Notes: generated by a model not told the origin, from the sequence alone. 63,615 nt of DNA, filler included, from Octopus bimaculoides (GCF_001194135.2; 7 parts of 5 records of this genome joined end to end with filler, not necessarily neighbours in it), one strand, 5' to 3'. Shown: positions 39,713-52,937, counted from the first letter of the whole stretch. Program-made: numbers and translations.

Positions 39713-41490
39713 AAACCACTATGTACCTACATACCCAGCTTCATTCGGGATGACATCGATTTCCTGTCCCATCTTCCCAAAACTACTGAAACAAACTCAA
39801 TCCTACTGAGCTTTGATGTAGTAAGCCTTTACACCAATAGCCCATATGATTTAGGAATAAAGACGATTAAATACTGAGTGGATAAACATAGAGAAGCAAT
39901 TCCCCACAGACTTATTCTGGAAAACAACACTTTATTCTTCAATGGAAAGAACTACATCTAAATTAAATGTACGGCCATGGGAACGAGGTTTGCTCCCGTT
40001 TACGCGAACTCGGTGATGGGATACTTAGAACAAAAACTCTACCAGGAAAGAGAGGAGATATACAGCACTGAATTTAGGAAATATATTGAAAAGGCATGGA
40101 AGAGACACCTCGACGGTTGCTTCATAATCTGGACAAAATCTCAAAACACTGTGGAAGAGTTCAATATCCTCCTGAACAACCTACACCCATCCATCCAATT
40201 TACAAAGGAGATGAGCAGTACCAAATTACCATTCCTAGATATAATTGTAATTAAAAAGAACACCACCATTACCACAGATATCTGTTATAAACACACAGAT
40301 ACACATCAATACCTGAATTTTAAATCGTGCCATCCACCGCATGCAAAACGTAACATACCATGCTGCTTAGCTAGGAGAATCTGTACAATTGTAGAAGATT
40401 TGAAGATCAGGAACCAGGCCCTGGTGGAACTGAAAGAATTTCTGCTCAAACAAAAATACCCGTCACTACTTATAGAAAATGGTATTCAGTGGGCTATGAA
40501 AACACCGACACAACTGAGGACAACACAAAAAGAGAAAAACAAGAACAAATCATTCCATTTATAATGACGCAATCCATGCTACCCGAACATCTTCAATATC
40601 ACTAAAGCAAACCTACCAATCACTGCTCAAAGTTAGGAATTAAGAGATATCATTACAGACCAAACTATAAGTCTCAGAAAAAGACAGCTTAAAAACTTGA
40701 AAAAATTATTAACAAAGGCAAGGTTTGACCTTAGCAACAAAGACCAACCATTCACTGTGTCTAAATGCAATGATTGCCGATGCAGTACATGCCAATTAAT
40801 TCATACCGGCCCATATATGAACACAAAAACGGGGAAAATATTCACAAACGCAAATATGAACTGCAAAAGCAGAAATTTAATCTACTGCATCAAATGCCCG
40901 AATTGTGAAGAACTATATGTTGGCCAGACAGGCAATACACTATCAGAACACTCACGTGTACACTAACAACAAATTAAAAATCCAGAAGTTCTCCAAATAT
41001 TGCTGAGTAACCACTTAGCAACATGTGACCGGAAAATATTTATATTTCCATTTCATAAACTATACATTCCGAATGAAATCGAGAGAAAACTGAGAGAAAA
41101 GGACTTTATTAATAAACTCAAACCCAAGCTTAATAAACAATGATAAAAAATAATCTGATTTAAGTTTAAAAGTTTTATCCCCATATCTGAAAAATAAAAA
41201 TCTCTAAAAAGTACTGCTGTCATCATTTCTAAAAATAAACACTGAAAAATGGTATGGCATAATTTCTGAAAATAACCAAGCAACTTCTACTTCTATCCAC
41301 AGGAATGTATATAAAGGACAAAATTTAACCAGTCAACGACAGTTGAAACCAATGAACACAACTGTCACCACAAACAAATGAACCTGAAGATTGCAAGAAA
41401 GTATACTAGTTCAATAAGAATGGACATTTAATATTTCATTTGTTTAATATTTCATTTGTTCAATAAGAATAGACAATTAATACTTCATTC
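39709..41490 (+). mobile_element. Degenerate Penelope-like retroelement (RT + GIY-YIG endonuclease), 5' end lost in N gap
   Basis: RT motifs LLSFDVVSLYTN, AMGTRFAPVYAN, decayed YLDD (RHLDG), LPFLD and YLNFKSCHP. Cys-rich linker KCNDCRCSTC, GIY-YIG NLIYCIKCPNCEELYVGQTG, C-terminus KLKPKLNKQ* at 41143. Multiple stops and frameshifts. Confidence 0.93.
41379..41413 (+). ncRNA. Minimal type I hammerhead ribozyme motif in the 3' region of a Penelope-like element
   Basis: TGAAC (stem I) - CTGAAGA (core CUGANGA) - TTGCAA (palindromic stem II) - GAAA - GTATAC-T (A41400-T41407 forms the palindrome AGTATACT, stem III) - A (H17; triplet CUA) - GTTCA (complement of TGAAC). All core elements are in the correct order. 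Confidence 0.8.
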
Positions 41491-41838
41491 ATTTCTTTTT
41501 ACTATATTACTTTATATCATATATTAATATTATAAGATTATAAACAAAACATGAAAAACAGAGTTGGAATTCCTTTGAGTAATATATTTTTCTATACACA
41601 ATCATACAAACCCCTTTGTGTGTGTGTGTATATATATATATATAATACACACGCACACATTTTTATAGGCGTGGCTGTATGATAGTAAGATTGCTTCCCG
41701 ACCACATGGTCCTGGGTTCAGTTCCACTGCGAGGCACCTTGGGCAAGTGTCTTCTATTATAGCCTCAGGCTGACAAAGCCTTGTGAGTGGATTTGGTTGC
41801 CAGAAAGTGAAAGAAACCTGTCGTGCATGTATATATAC

Positions 41839-41880
<42 letters not shown>

Positions 41881-42072
41881 GTGTGTGTGTATATGTGCAT
41901 GTGTGTCTTTGTTCCTGTGTCCCCACACCACTTTTCAACCAGTGTTAGTGTGTTTACGTCCTTGTAAATTAGGAGTTCAGCAAAAGAAGCGATACCAAGT
42001 ATAAAAAAAGTACTGGGGTCGTTTCATTTTACTTAAAAAATCCTCAAGGCGGTGCCCTAGCATAACTGCAGT

Positions 42073-42172
42073 NNNNNNNNNNNNNNNNNNNNNNNNNNNN
42101 NNNNNNNNNNNNNNNNTTAATTAATTAANNNNNNNNNNNNNNNNNNNNNNNNNNNNNNNNNNNNNNNNNNNN
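42073..42172. other. Artificial 100-bp assembly spacer between the protease exons and the Dvl exon
   Basis: 44N + TTAATTAATTAA (42117-42128) + 44N. Confidence 0.97.
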
Positions 42173-42489
42173 CTGTATTGAAAGTGTTTTGCGTAGGATG
42201 TGTGCAGTACCCAGTAGTGCAATTTTCTGTATGTTATATATATTTGTAAGTCCTGCTATTTTTGTTATGTATTTGTCTGAATATTTTTTATTATACCTAA
42301 GGCACCTACTATGATAGGAATTGTTTCTGTTTTTAGATTCCACATTCGAGTTATCTCTATTTCCAGGTCTTTGTATTTTGAAAGTTTTTCCATTTCTTTT
42401 AGAGAAACGTTGTCATCTGCTGGTATTGATACATCAATTAGAAAGCATTTTTTTTCTTCATGATCTTTGACAACTATATCTGGTCTATT
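42173..42489 (-). mobile_element. R4/Dong-clade C-terminal restriction-like endonuclease fragment
   Basis: Minus strand reads NRPDIVVKDHEEKKCFLIDVSIPADDNVSLKEMEKLSKYKDLEIEITRMWNLKTETIPIIVGAL, then a frameshift, then IQKIALLGTAHILRKTLSIQ. RPD...D...K..KY is the RLE motif. Confidence 0.88.
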
Positions 42490-42562
42490 TAGATAGAGAG
42501 AAGAGTTCTTTACTTTTGTATACGAATCGTATACAAAAGTAAAGAACTCATCTCTCTATCTA
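42490..42562. repeat. Near-perfect 73-bp palindrome
   Basis: 36-bp arms (tagatagagaga[a/t]gagttctttacttttgtatacga) with one mismatch around a single central base at 42526. Confidence 0.95.
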
Positions 42563-42626
42563 TTATATTTCTGCTGAGTTATTTCAGTCTTATATAAACT
42601 ATTATTATTATTATTACTATTGTGTT

Positions 42627-43440
42627 GAGCTGGCAGAACCATAAGAGTGTTGGAAAAATGCTGAGGTCAACTCTGCCTTTTATCCTTACAAGGTTAATAA
42701 AATAAGTACCAGTTGAGCATGGGGGTGGGTGGGTAGGTGTACTCTACTTGTCCCCTCCTCTAAAATTGCTGCCAGAATTTGAAACCATTATTATTATTAT
42801 TATTATTATTGAGTGCATGCCCTCAAAGTGACACTGGGGTTAAATATACGAAGCCCAGTATACCCATCATGACTGCCCGTCTGATAAGGGTACACCAAGC
42901 ATGTGCATCACAATCGTGTGTGCAACACAATGATCTCTTATCAAGCTAAACAGTGCATGACCTTGCAGGTGGGGCCCAGTTAGAATTTTCTTCAGGTCGA
43001 GTAGCCCATCCCACTCAAAAGGTCCCTGATTAAGGGTTGTTTAAGGTTGTTGAATGAAACACCCATGTTTCCAGAGGTGAATATGCAAACCCCAAGAAAT
43101 TCCCCTCAGCACATAGCTATGATGCTCCCCCACTACTTCTGCTCATGATCAGAGATGCACATATTGTCAGCCACCAAGGGACATGCTCAACTGGTTAGAG
43201 GTCAAGCAACTGACAAGCAAATCTGTGGTATTAAGCAGAATATTTGCTGTAGCAAATATTATTATGGTGGCGAGCTGGCAGAATCGTTAGCATACCGGGC
43301 GAAATGCATAGCGGTATTTTGTCTGTTGCTATGTTCTGAGTTCAAATTCCACTGAGGTCAACTTTGCCTTTCATCCTTTTGGGGGCCGATGAAATAAATA
43401 CCTCCCCCAAATTTCAGGCCTTGTGCCTACAATAGGAAGG

Positions 43441-43484
<44 letters not shown>

Positions 43485-44975
43485 GGGTGGCAAGCTCCAG
43501 AATTGTCACCATGGTGAGCAAAATGCTTAGTGACATTTCATTTGTCTTTATGCTCTGAATTCAGATGCTGCCAAGGTTGACTTTGCATGTAATCCATTCA
43601 GGGTTGATAAAATAAGTATCAGTTGAACACTGGGATGAATCTAATCGCCTTAGCTCCTCCCCTTGAACCTGCAGGCCTTGTGCCAAGATTTGTAACTGTT
43701 ATTATATATAAGGTGGTGAGTTGCAGAATTGTCAGTGCACCAAGCAAAATGTTTAGCAGCGTTTCTGGCTTTCTTTACATTCCGAGTTCAAATTCCGCCA
43801 AGGTCAACTTTGCCTTTCATCCTTTTGGGATTTTTCTTTTTTCTTTTTTTTTTAAAGCATTCACTCATTAGACCACTAAAAATGTAAACGGACGCTAGAC
43901 AGAAGTCAATAGGTGACAATGTACATTAGACTTAAAAAACTGGAGGAGGTCATATTGAAGAGGAAAACTAGTCTGTGGAGGGGAATTCCAAAGTTCAGAG
44001 GTGTGAGGGAAGAAACTGGTACTGTAAAGTGCTTTACGATACTTAGGAGGTTGCACAGAGTATACTGATGAGAACTGGATGCAAGCCAAGTTGATGGCTG
44101 ATAATTTCTTAGAGGATGAACCAGAGAAGAGAGCTCAGCTGAACAATGTCCATGGAAATATTTATAGAAAAGAGACAAGGAAAGCACATGAGGATGATGA
44201 GAGAGTGAATCCAATTTACAAGATAGATCAGGACCAATAGCATTACAAATATGGCATTGAATGTGGTCAAACAGAGTGAAACAATCCGCAGGAGTACCTG
44301 CCCATATGTGACAACAGAACTCAATGCAGGGGTGAATGGGTGGACTCATAAAGATAAAGAATAGTCTCAGGAGTGAAATAACTCCTTGAACTCAGGAGTG
44401 AGCCTACCTTCATTGCAGCCAATTTGGCAATAGATTCAATGTAAGTCATGCAAAAAAATTGATAAATTAGATACCAGTTGAGTTCTGGGGGTCGATGTAA
44501 TTGACTTAACCCCTCCCCCAAAATTGTTGCCCTTGTGCCAAAATTTGAAACCGATATCTTTATTGAGGCAGCAAGTTGGCAGACTCATTAGCATGCCGGG
44601 CGAAATACTTAGTAGCTACATTCTAAGTTCAAATTCGGCTGAGGTCAACTTTGCCTTTAATTGTTTCGAGGTTGATAGATTAAGTACCAGTTGCATACTG
44701 GTGTCGATCTAATCGACTGGCCCCCTCCCATCAAAATTTCAGGCCTTGTGCCTACATTAGAAAGGATTGCTGGCAGAATCATTAGCGTGCTGGACAAAAT
44801 GTTTAGCAGTTTTTCGCCCGCTGCTATGTTCTGAGTTCAAATTCTACCAAGGCCGACTTTGCCTTTCATCCTTTCACAGTTGATAAATTAAGTACCAGTG
44901 AAACAATGGGGTCAATATAGTCGACTAGTCCCCTCCCCGCAAATTCCAGGCATTGTGCCTTTAGTAGAAGAGATT
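42627..44975 (+). mobile_element. Cluster of about seven same-orientation family D SINE copies interleaved with (TTA)n
   Basis: Copies start near 42627, 43265, 43485, 43712 (split by a LINE), 44570 and 44770; several end in attattatt. Confidence 0.85.
43831..44458 (-). mobile_element. CR1/L2-group LINE 3' remnant with poly-A tail, nested in a SINE
   Basis: Reads TPETILYLYES..., CIEFCCHIWAG, SLSLFYKYFHGHCSAEL and SFFPHTSELWNS. T-rich tail at 43831-43853. Flanks are the two halves of one SINE. Confidence 0.8.
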
Positions 44976-45856
44976 ATTATTATTACTATAAATTTTTTTT
45001 TATGTTTAGAAAATTATATCTAATGTAGAATTTGCGGATGAGATTAGTTTACAGTGAAATGAGTTGATGAGTAGAGGAAGAGGAGGAGTAAATATGATGT
45101 AAGGTAGGGTGGGATGGAGGGGAGATGTGTTTGTATAGTACAAGAAGCCATTTCCATGCCGTGTTTGCAGATACTGATTGCATTGCCAAATGTTAACAAA
45201 AACGATTTCGAAATGTGTAAGGTGCTTTGTTTTGTTAAGGAATCATTTCATTGAATATGCTCAAAATAGAACTGATAGTTAGAAAGATAGATGGAAAATA
45301 TGGTTGGAGGGGAAAATAGCTCAGATACCAGTGAAGTGCAGTTCCACATATGTGATATAGTGAATCGAGGGGGAAAAAAGAATGGAAAAGAAACAGCTTT
45401 GCGGTTAGCCAAACAGTAAGACCTGTTGAAAAGAAACTGTGTCTCAACATGTTTAAAAATCTAAAGCTAAAGGAGATAACTCCAAGATTTGGTGGGAATT
45501 TTCCTGGTGATGATAAAATTGTGTCATCTGAAAGATTTCATTCCTTTTTTTCAGTTTGTATCATTTTCATGTTTGGATTTAGTCATTATTTGTTTGTAGG
45601 NNNNNNNNNNNNNNNNNNNNNNNNNNNNNNNNNNNNNNNNNNNNNNNNNNNNNNNNNNNNNNNNNNNNNNNNNNNNNNNNGAAAAATGAAAAGACATAAC
45701 AAATGTAGCATTTTACGAACCACATGGTTCCGGGTTCAGTCCCACTGCGTGGCACTTTGGGCAAGTGTCTTCTACTGTAGCCTTGGACCAACCAAAGCCT
45801 TGTGAGTGGATTTGGTAGACGGAAACTGAAAGAAGCCCGTCATATGTATGTATATA

Positions 45857-45892
<36 letters not shown>

Positions 45893-48800
45893 TGTGTTTG
45901 TGTGTGTGTATGTGTCTGTGTTTGTCCCCCCAACACCGCTTGACAACCAATAGTGGTGTGTTTATGTCCCTGTAACTTAGCGGTTTGGCAAAAGAGACCG
46001 ATAGAATAAGTACTACGCTTTGCAAAGAATAAGTCCTGGGGTCGATTAGCTCGACTAAAAAGGCAGTGCTCCAGCGTGGCCACAGTCAAATGACTGAAAC
46101 AAGTAAAAGAGAGAGTAAAAGAGCATATATTAAATCTTTTAACCTTACATTACAACCAAATGAGAACAGTAGGCTTTTAAACATCACTGCCCAAGGGACA
46201 CAGAGGCTGATGTATATGTGTGTGTGTGTTTGTATTCCTTTTCCATAATGTTTTCATGAGATGTCTCCAAGAATTCCTGTTGTCTTTTAACAAATACTAT
46301 TCTTTCACTTGTTTCAGTCATTACACTGTGTCTATGCTGGGGCACTACTGCCTTGAAAGGTTTCGTCTAACCAACATATCCCTCCTCCCTCCAGTACTTG
46401 TTTTTAAAGTCTGGTTCTTGTTACATCTGTTATATCTTTTGTCAAACTGCTTTGTTACAGGGGCATAAACAAACCAACACCAATTGCCAAGTGGTAGTGA
46501 AAGGGAAGAGACAAAGACACACATGTGCATATACAATAGGCTTCCATACAGTTTCCTTTTACGAAATTCACTCAGAGGCCTGGGGCTATAATAGAAGACT
46601 CTTGTCCACGGTGCCACGCAGTGAGATTGAAACCCCAATCCATGCAGTTACAAAGCAACCTTCTTAATAACACAGCTATGTCTGCATCTCTACTTATTGA
46701 ATTTGTCATCAGTCTGTCTCTTCCGCTGTTCATGAAAATTTAAATTCTCAAAAATGTTAAAAGTAATATAAAAAGCTTTTTCTTCTCTCTTTTTGTGAAC
46801 TGGAAATATTTGAAATTGGGATGAGAAATGGAATTTATTTTGTTTTCTAATTTTTGTTTTGTTATTTTAAACATTATTTTCTCTTCTGTATCCTTTGTCC
46901 ATGCTGGCATGATGAATAAGATAGTTTTTTTTTTTTTTTTTTTTTTTTTTGTGTGATTAAAAATTGCTTATTTGCATATAGATTGAACTAGCAAATATTT
47001 CTCATAGCTAAAATGCCCACCCAGATGTAAATTTTCGGGTAGATCAATAGATTGACAATGTCACACAAGGCAATATGCTAATTTTACATTTTTATTTATT
47101 CATTTATATATTTATTTTATTTTCACATGGATTGTGTGGAATAAATCTAATGCTGGTAGCAAGAGTTGAACTTGAACCTGTCATCTTGTTGACAAAAATA
47201 ATAGATTACAAAATTATCATCCTGGCTAATGTATTTTTCATTTGAATCTTTCACTCTTTTATCCCCCAGTGAAGGCATGTGGCTTAATGGTTAGGGCTAC
47301 GTAGCTCATGATCGCAAGACCATTAGTTTGATACCCAGCAGTGTGTTGTGTCCTTGAGCAAGACACTTTATTTCACATTACCCCAGTCCACTCAGCTAGC
47401 AGAAATGAGTAATACCTGTAATTCAAAAGGGCCAGCCTTGTCATGTCCTCTGTCACATTGAGAACTACATTAAGAGTACGTGTGTCTGTGGAGTACTCAG
47501 CCACCTCTGTATATTAATTTCATGAGCAGCAGGCTGTTCTGTTGCTCCATTGATCAACTGGAACACTTGTCATCATAGCCAATTGAGTACCAGTTACATC
47601 TGGCTTCAGTTACCAGGTTTTAGTCATGCTGGAGCACCGTCATAATAATGTTCTTTTTTATCTCCTGAATTGAACTCAAGTTGCCTGGCTGATACCCAGG
47701 CATCTTAGGTTCATGATAAATACGTGTGTGTATGTTCTTTTCTGTTTTTAATCATTTAAATTCTTCCTTTGAAGAAGGAGCAGGTTTCTGACACAGATAC
47801 AAAACTCTCTCTTTGGAATGTAAATAATGTTAAACTTGAGAAAAGTCTTGCTTAGTTTTACTGTTCTACTTATTAGATTGTAATTGTAATGTGTGAGGAG
47901 TCGGTTGGTTGATTTCTTTTTCTGAAAATCCAAGCTTATCCAGACTGACAGTTTGGCATTTACTTACAAAACCAAGTACACCAATTATTATTGGTATAAA
48001 TATAAATTTGTTATCCAGATGTGTGTGTGTGAGTAAATTGCACAATGCAAAAGAGTATAGCATACATATTAAACACACACACGCACACACATACGATAGG
48101 CATCTCTACAGTTTCTGTCCATGAAAAAAATTTTGATCGCAAGTCATTATTCAACAAGAAGCTATAACAGAAGACAATTGCCCAAGGTACAATCCTGTGG
48201 GATTGAACCTGAAAATGGTTGAAAATGAACTGCCTAAATACTCTGCCTTGTCTATACCCATTGACCTATGATACAGAATGCTCCAGCTGTGTGCACCCTA
48301 TCTTTTTCATTTTTCTGGGAAAATATCTTTAGAATCACAAATGCCATTGTATCCTCCCTGTTCATTTAAGAGAGATTTGGTTTTTAATTCTAGCATAGTG
48401 CACAGCCACATATATGCTGCCTTGTTAGCTTGTATCTCAACTAATCTCTTCTCTGTGTGTATCATATCACATGCTAAGTGTCGTAAAATTATTCCTTCCT
48501 GGGTATCTCGATGATGTATGTCTTGTTTGGTATCACAGTGAAAAATATGCTATGCTCTCTTCAGGAAGAGTGTCTGGGCTGAGAAACATCTTATCTTGGC
48601 GAACTGTCTTGTTTTATTTACTTTTGCAGCTGTAATGAGTTTATTTCTATTGGTATGGAGTACCATTCCAGTATCACAATATTTATTTATTAGCTACTGT
48701 TTGTGTATGTCTGCACATTTGTGTATATGTATGCATGTACGTATGTGTGTGCTTCAGCCGTTGGTAACATGGAATACAAACATAGCTTGTATAGTTGTGT

Positions 48801-49043
48801 AATTGAGATGAATATTAGTCGACTTGGAATTGTTATTACAGCCCCTTCACCTCATCTCCTTTTTCTTAAGTACATGGCTAATTTATAATGAGGAGTACCT
48901 ACAAACTAAGAAAAGCAAAAGGTGATATCAGCCAGTTCAAACTTTAAACAGACAGACAGACACGTACATATAATTGCTATCATCCGGAACTATGCTGTTA
49001 TTATTACAAAAGATATAATTAGACGTATGTAAAATAAGATAAG

Positions 49044-49085
<42 letters not shown>

Positions 49086-49424
49086 TGCAAGGTCTGATAA
49101 TTACAGGTAAGGAAGGCCTTTATTTGAAACATTTTTGAAGAACTCTTCTTACCTAAAATGTTAGAAATTACTCACCTCTTCACATAGGATGCACCCAACC
49201 ATCTTGGGTAACTCCATGCTAAGCATGGGTAGCCTTTTATGAGAAGTGGGTCACAATAGACATGGCTCATCATCTAGCTGGTTGCACTACCAAAAAGATT
49301 CAAGCTAATTTTTGATTGTCATGCCATTCACAACCTGAAGGCTAGTTTGCCCATGGCTCTATGTTACCTGAATTCATAGAAATAACAGTTAAATCTTCCA
49401 TAGATCACCCTTAAGTATTTTTAA

Positions 49425-49551
49425 CCTTTAGCACACTTCGGTGCATCATGGCACTATGAGTTTTCTCCCCTGTGGCTGCAAGCATGTTGTGTCGCATTGA
49501 AAGGGGAAAAATCTTGTACAGCAACAAGAGGCATCTACAGTGTGCTAAAGA
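49425..49551. mobile_element. piggyBac-like MITE (127 bp)
   Basis: TTAA|CCTTTAGCACACT ... AGTGTGCTAAAGA|TTAA; 12/13 terminal inverted match with TTAA on both sides. Confidence 0.7.
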
Positions 49552-50359
49552 TTAAAATAACAGATACAATGGCTCATGTAACCCTATGGTCTGGTGGTCC
49601 CATCACTGGAAGATGGTAGAGGGGTTCACTCACCTGCTTGCAATATGTATTGGATGCAGATTGCATTGATTAACCAGCTGGAGGAGGTGTCCAGCTGGGA
49701 TTAAAATTTGAGTAATGTCAGTTCCTATTGAACAGCCTTGTTGAAGTGGCGATAAACACACATGCACATATACACACACACACACTTATGTGCATACATA
49801 TAGATTTTGAAAATAAGACTGGATGAGGTCACCTAGAACTAGAATACTTTTTGGCTCAACTCTTTAGCATTTAAACTGGCCAGATCCAGCCTCTCTCACC
49901 TACCCTACAATGTCACTAAAAATAAATAATTACATCATCAAAAATCTTAAAGCTGCAACATAATGCATGATTAATTCAAAACAATTTGAATAAGCAAACA
50001 TTTCATTTGATAGAGTAATATGAATGCTGAAGGGTTAAAGAGAGCAAAACAATTACACCCATCTCACTATTTAATGTAAATATTGTTCCAGTATGATGTC
50101 TGCATAGAATGTTTTAAGAAGCCATTTCTTCAGTTTCTTAATTTGTCTGTTGATAACATAATCCCCCTAGATGAGTTTTGTTTGCATTAAAGAGAGTATT
50201 AATACTCCTTAATTGATTATCCAATCAAAAGAAAGCAACTTAGATATATTTTATTATCTACTTAATATATAAGTTTGGTATTTATATGTTTTCTAGCCAC
50301 AAGGGAAAAAGAGCAGTATATTTAATAAATAGTACCAGATTATGAACATCTCTGATTAT

Positions 50360-50402
<43 letters not shown>

Positions 50403-52937
50403 NNNNNNNNNNNNNNNNNNNNNNNNNNNNNNNNNNNNNNNNNNNNNNNNNNNNNNNNNNNNNNNNNNNNNNNNNNNNNNNNNNNNNNNNNNNNNNNNNN
50501 NNNNNNNNNNNNNNNNNNNNNNNNNNNNNNNNNNNNNNNNNNNNNNNNNNNNNNNNNNNNNNNNNNNNNNNNNNNNNNNNNNNNNNNNNNNNNNNNNNNN
50601 NNNNNNNNNNNNNNNNNNNNNNNNNNNNNNNNNNNNNNNNNNNNNNNNNNNNNNNNNNNNNNNNNNNNNNNNNNNNNNNNNNNNNNNNNNNNNNNNNNNN
50701 NNNNNNNNNNNNNNNNNNNNNNNNNNNNNNNNNNNNNNNNNNNNNNNNNNNNNNNNNNNNNNNNNNNNNNNNNNNNNNNNNNNNNNNNNNNNNNNNNNNN
50801 NNNNNNNNNNNNNNNNNNNNNNNNNNNNNNNNNNNNNNNNNNNNNNNNNNNNNNNNNNNNNNNNNNNNNGTGCAAATGAGGGTTGCTAAATCAAACTCCA
50901 TTCTTCACCAAGTGCCACATATTGGAGGAGGCTCTCAGTAATAACAGTGTAGCAAAATGGCGGTGCATCAGCGTGGCCGCAGCTATAAGCTGAAACTATA
51001 AAATATATATATATATATATATATATATACCGGAGTAAGCACATCAAATGTGCAACAAGGTGGAAAAAAGAGTACTCAAATACCAGAGGTAGAGTAATAT
51101 GCTTTATTTAAAAGCAGCAGAAATATATATACATGTGTATGGATATGTGTGTCTTTGTGTCTGTTGGTCCCCCACCACAGCTTGACAACCAGTGTCGACA
51201 TGTTTACATCCCTGTAACAATGGTTTGGCAAAAGAGACCAATAGAATAAATACCAGGTTTAAAAAAAAAGTGCTGGGGGAGTAGATTCAGTTGACTAAAA
51301 ATTCTTCAAGGCGGTGCCCCCTCAGAATGGCCACAGTCTAATGACTGAAACAAAGATTCAAGATCCTTTACCTGTTTCCAGTAGATCCAAGTTTCCAGTA
51401 GACATGAGTATAAGGCAGTTGTTCATTACACTCCTTTACAAGTGTTTTTCAAGTTCAGAGAATAATTGGGATATTAAAAAGGAAACAAAAAAATGAGCTA
51501 CAGCTTTTTTTTTTTCTCTTATGTCTTTATTTATATTGCTTTTTGGTTAATTAGTATGTATTACTTATTATTGTTTAGTAGCTGCACTGTTGACCGAGCA
51601 GTAATTAGTTAGCACGATAAATTGTTTGAGATTATGTTTCAATTTCCTAATAATGTGTGTTCTGCTATGTAATAGCCATGTGTAATTGGTGGCTTTTCAA
51701 ATAGCCATGATTTAGGTTTCCTTTTTTGTATTTTCATGTCAGTGACTGACACAAAACGGAAAAGAGATACGGTTTCGTAAATGTTTTGTTTCTGTATTCA
51801 TGTTGTAGCAAGATTTTATTTTAACCCTTTGGCATTCAGCATTCTCCGTCAAATTTGTTGCTTATTTATTCATATTGCTTTGAATTTATCCTGCATTATA
51901 GCTTCTTGCTTTGAGATTTCAATGATGTGATTGTTTATTTTTAGAATGACATTGTAGGGTAGGTGTAAGAAGCCTAATCTGGTCAGTTTGAGCATAAAAG
52001 AGGCAAGTTTGCTTCCCAACCATGTGGTTTTGGCTCCAGTCCTCTCATGTGGAACCTTGGGCAAGTGTCTTCCACTATTCTATACTATTGGCCATGGGCT
52101 GAACAAAGCCTTGTGAGTGGATTTGGTAGATGGAAACCAAAAGAAGCCTGTTGTATACATATATATGTGTCTCCTTGTTTTGACATCATGTCATAGTAGT
52201 AAATGAGTGACACTATCATATAAGCAGAATCATTCTGGCTATGGGTAAATATTACCTTGCTTGAAAACAGGTGAGGGTTAGAAAAAGAATGGCATCTCGT
52301 CATAGAAAATCTGCATCAATAAGCGCCACCCAATTCATACAAGCATGGAAATGGTAATGGTAAATATATTCTACTCATCAAAGTAAAATGCTGACTGTTA
52401 TTACGATCTCGTTAACTGATATGCATGTGCTGTGTATATGTATTTATCATATATTTATTCTGTAGCACACTCAAGATGCTTTTCTGTTTTTTTTTGTTGC
52501 TACTTGTGGAGAAATTTCAGAATTAGGGAAACAAGTATTGCATGAAGAATTTTAGTAAAAAAAAAAAAAATTAAAAAAAAAAAAAAAACCATCTGGTAAT
52601 CAAAATAACTGAAATTCATGCTGCAGTCAATTATGGAATAACTTTAGTAGAGAAGACTTTTTACTCTTGGTGTATGCTTCAACACAAAAATCTCATTCTG
52701 ATTTGCCAACTTCAGAATATTAGAATGTTTTGCCTGGCAATTTTCAGACTCTGCTGTTAAATAAAGTTTTACAATTAATGGGTGGTGTTGTTGTCGTCAT
52801 TGTTGTTGTTTAGTTTCTCAACCATTTTTTTTTATCTATGGACCTCTTTTGATTCCTATTTAACACAAGTAGATCCCCTTCCCCAGCCATTTAATGTTTT
52901 AAAAACTCTTTATTATATTTTTATATTTAAAGTATAA

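Noticed and set aside
39977-40966. PLE ORFs as an active or domesticated RT gene
   Set aside because: Catalytic YxDD decayed to HLDG, with stops and frameshifts on both sides.
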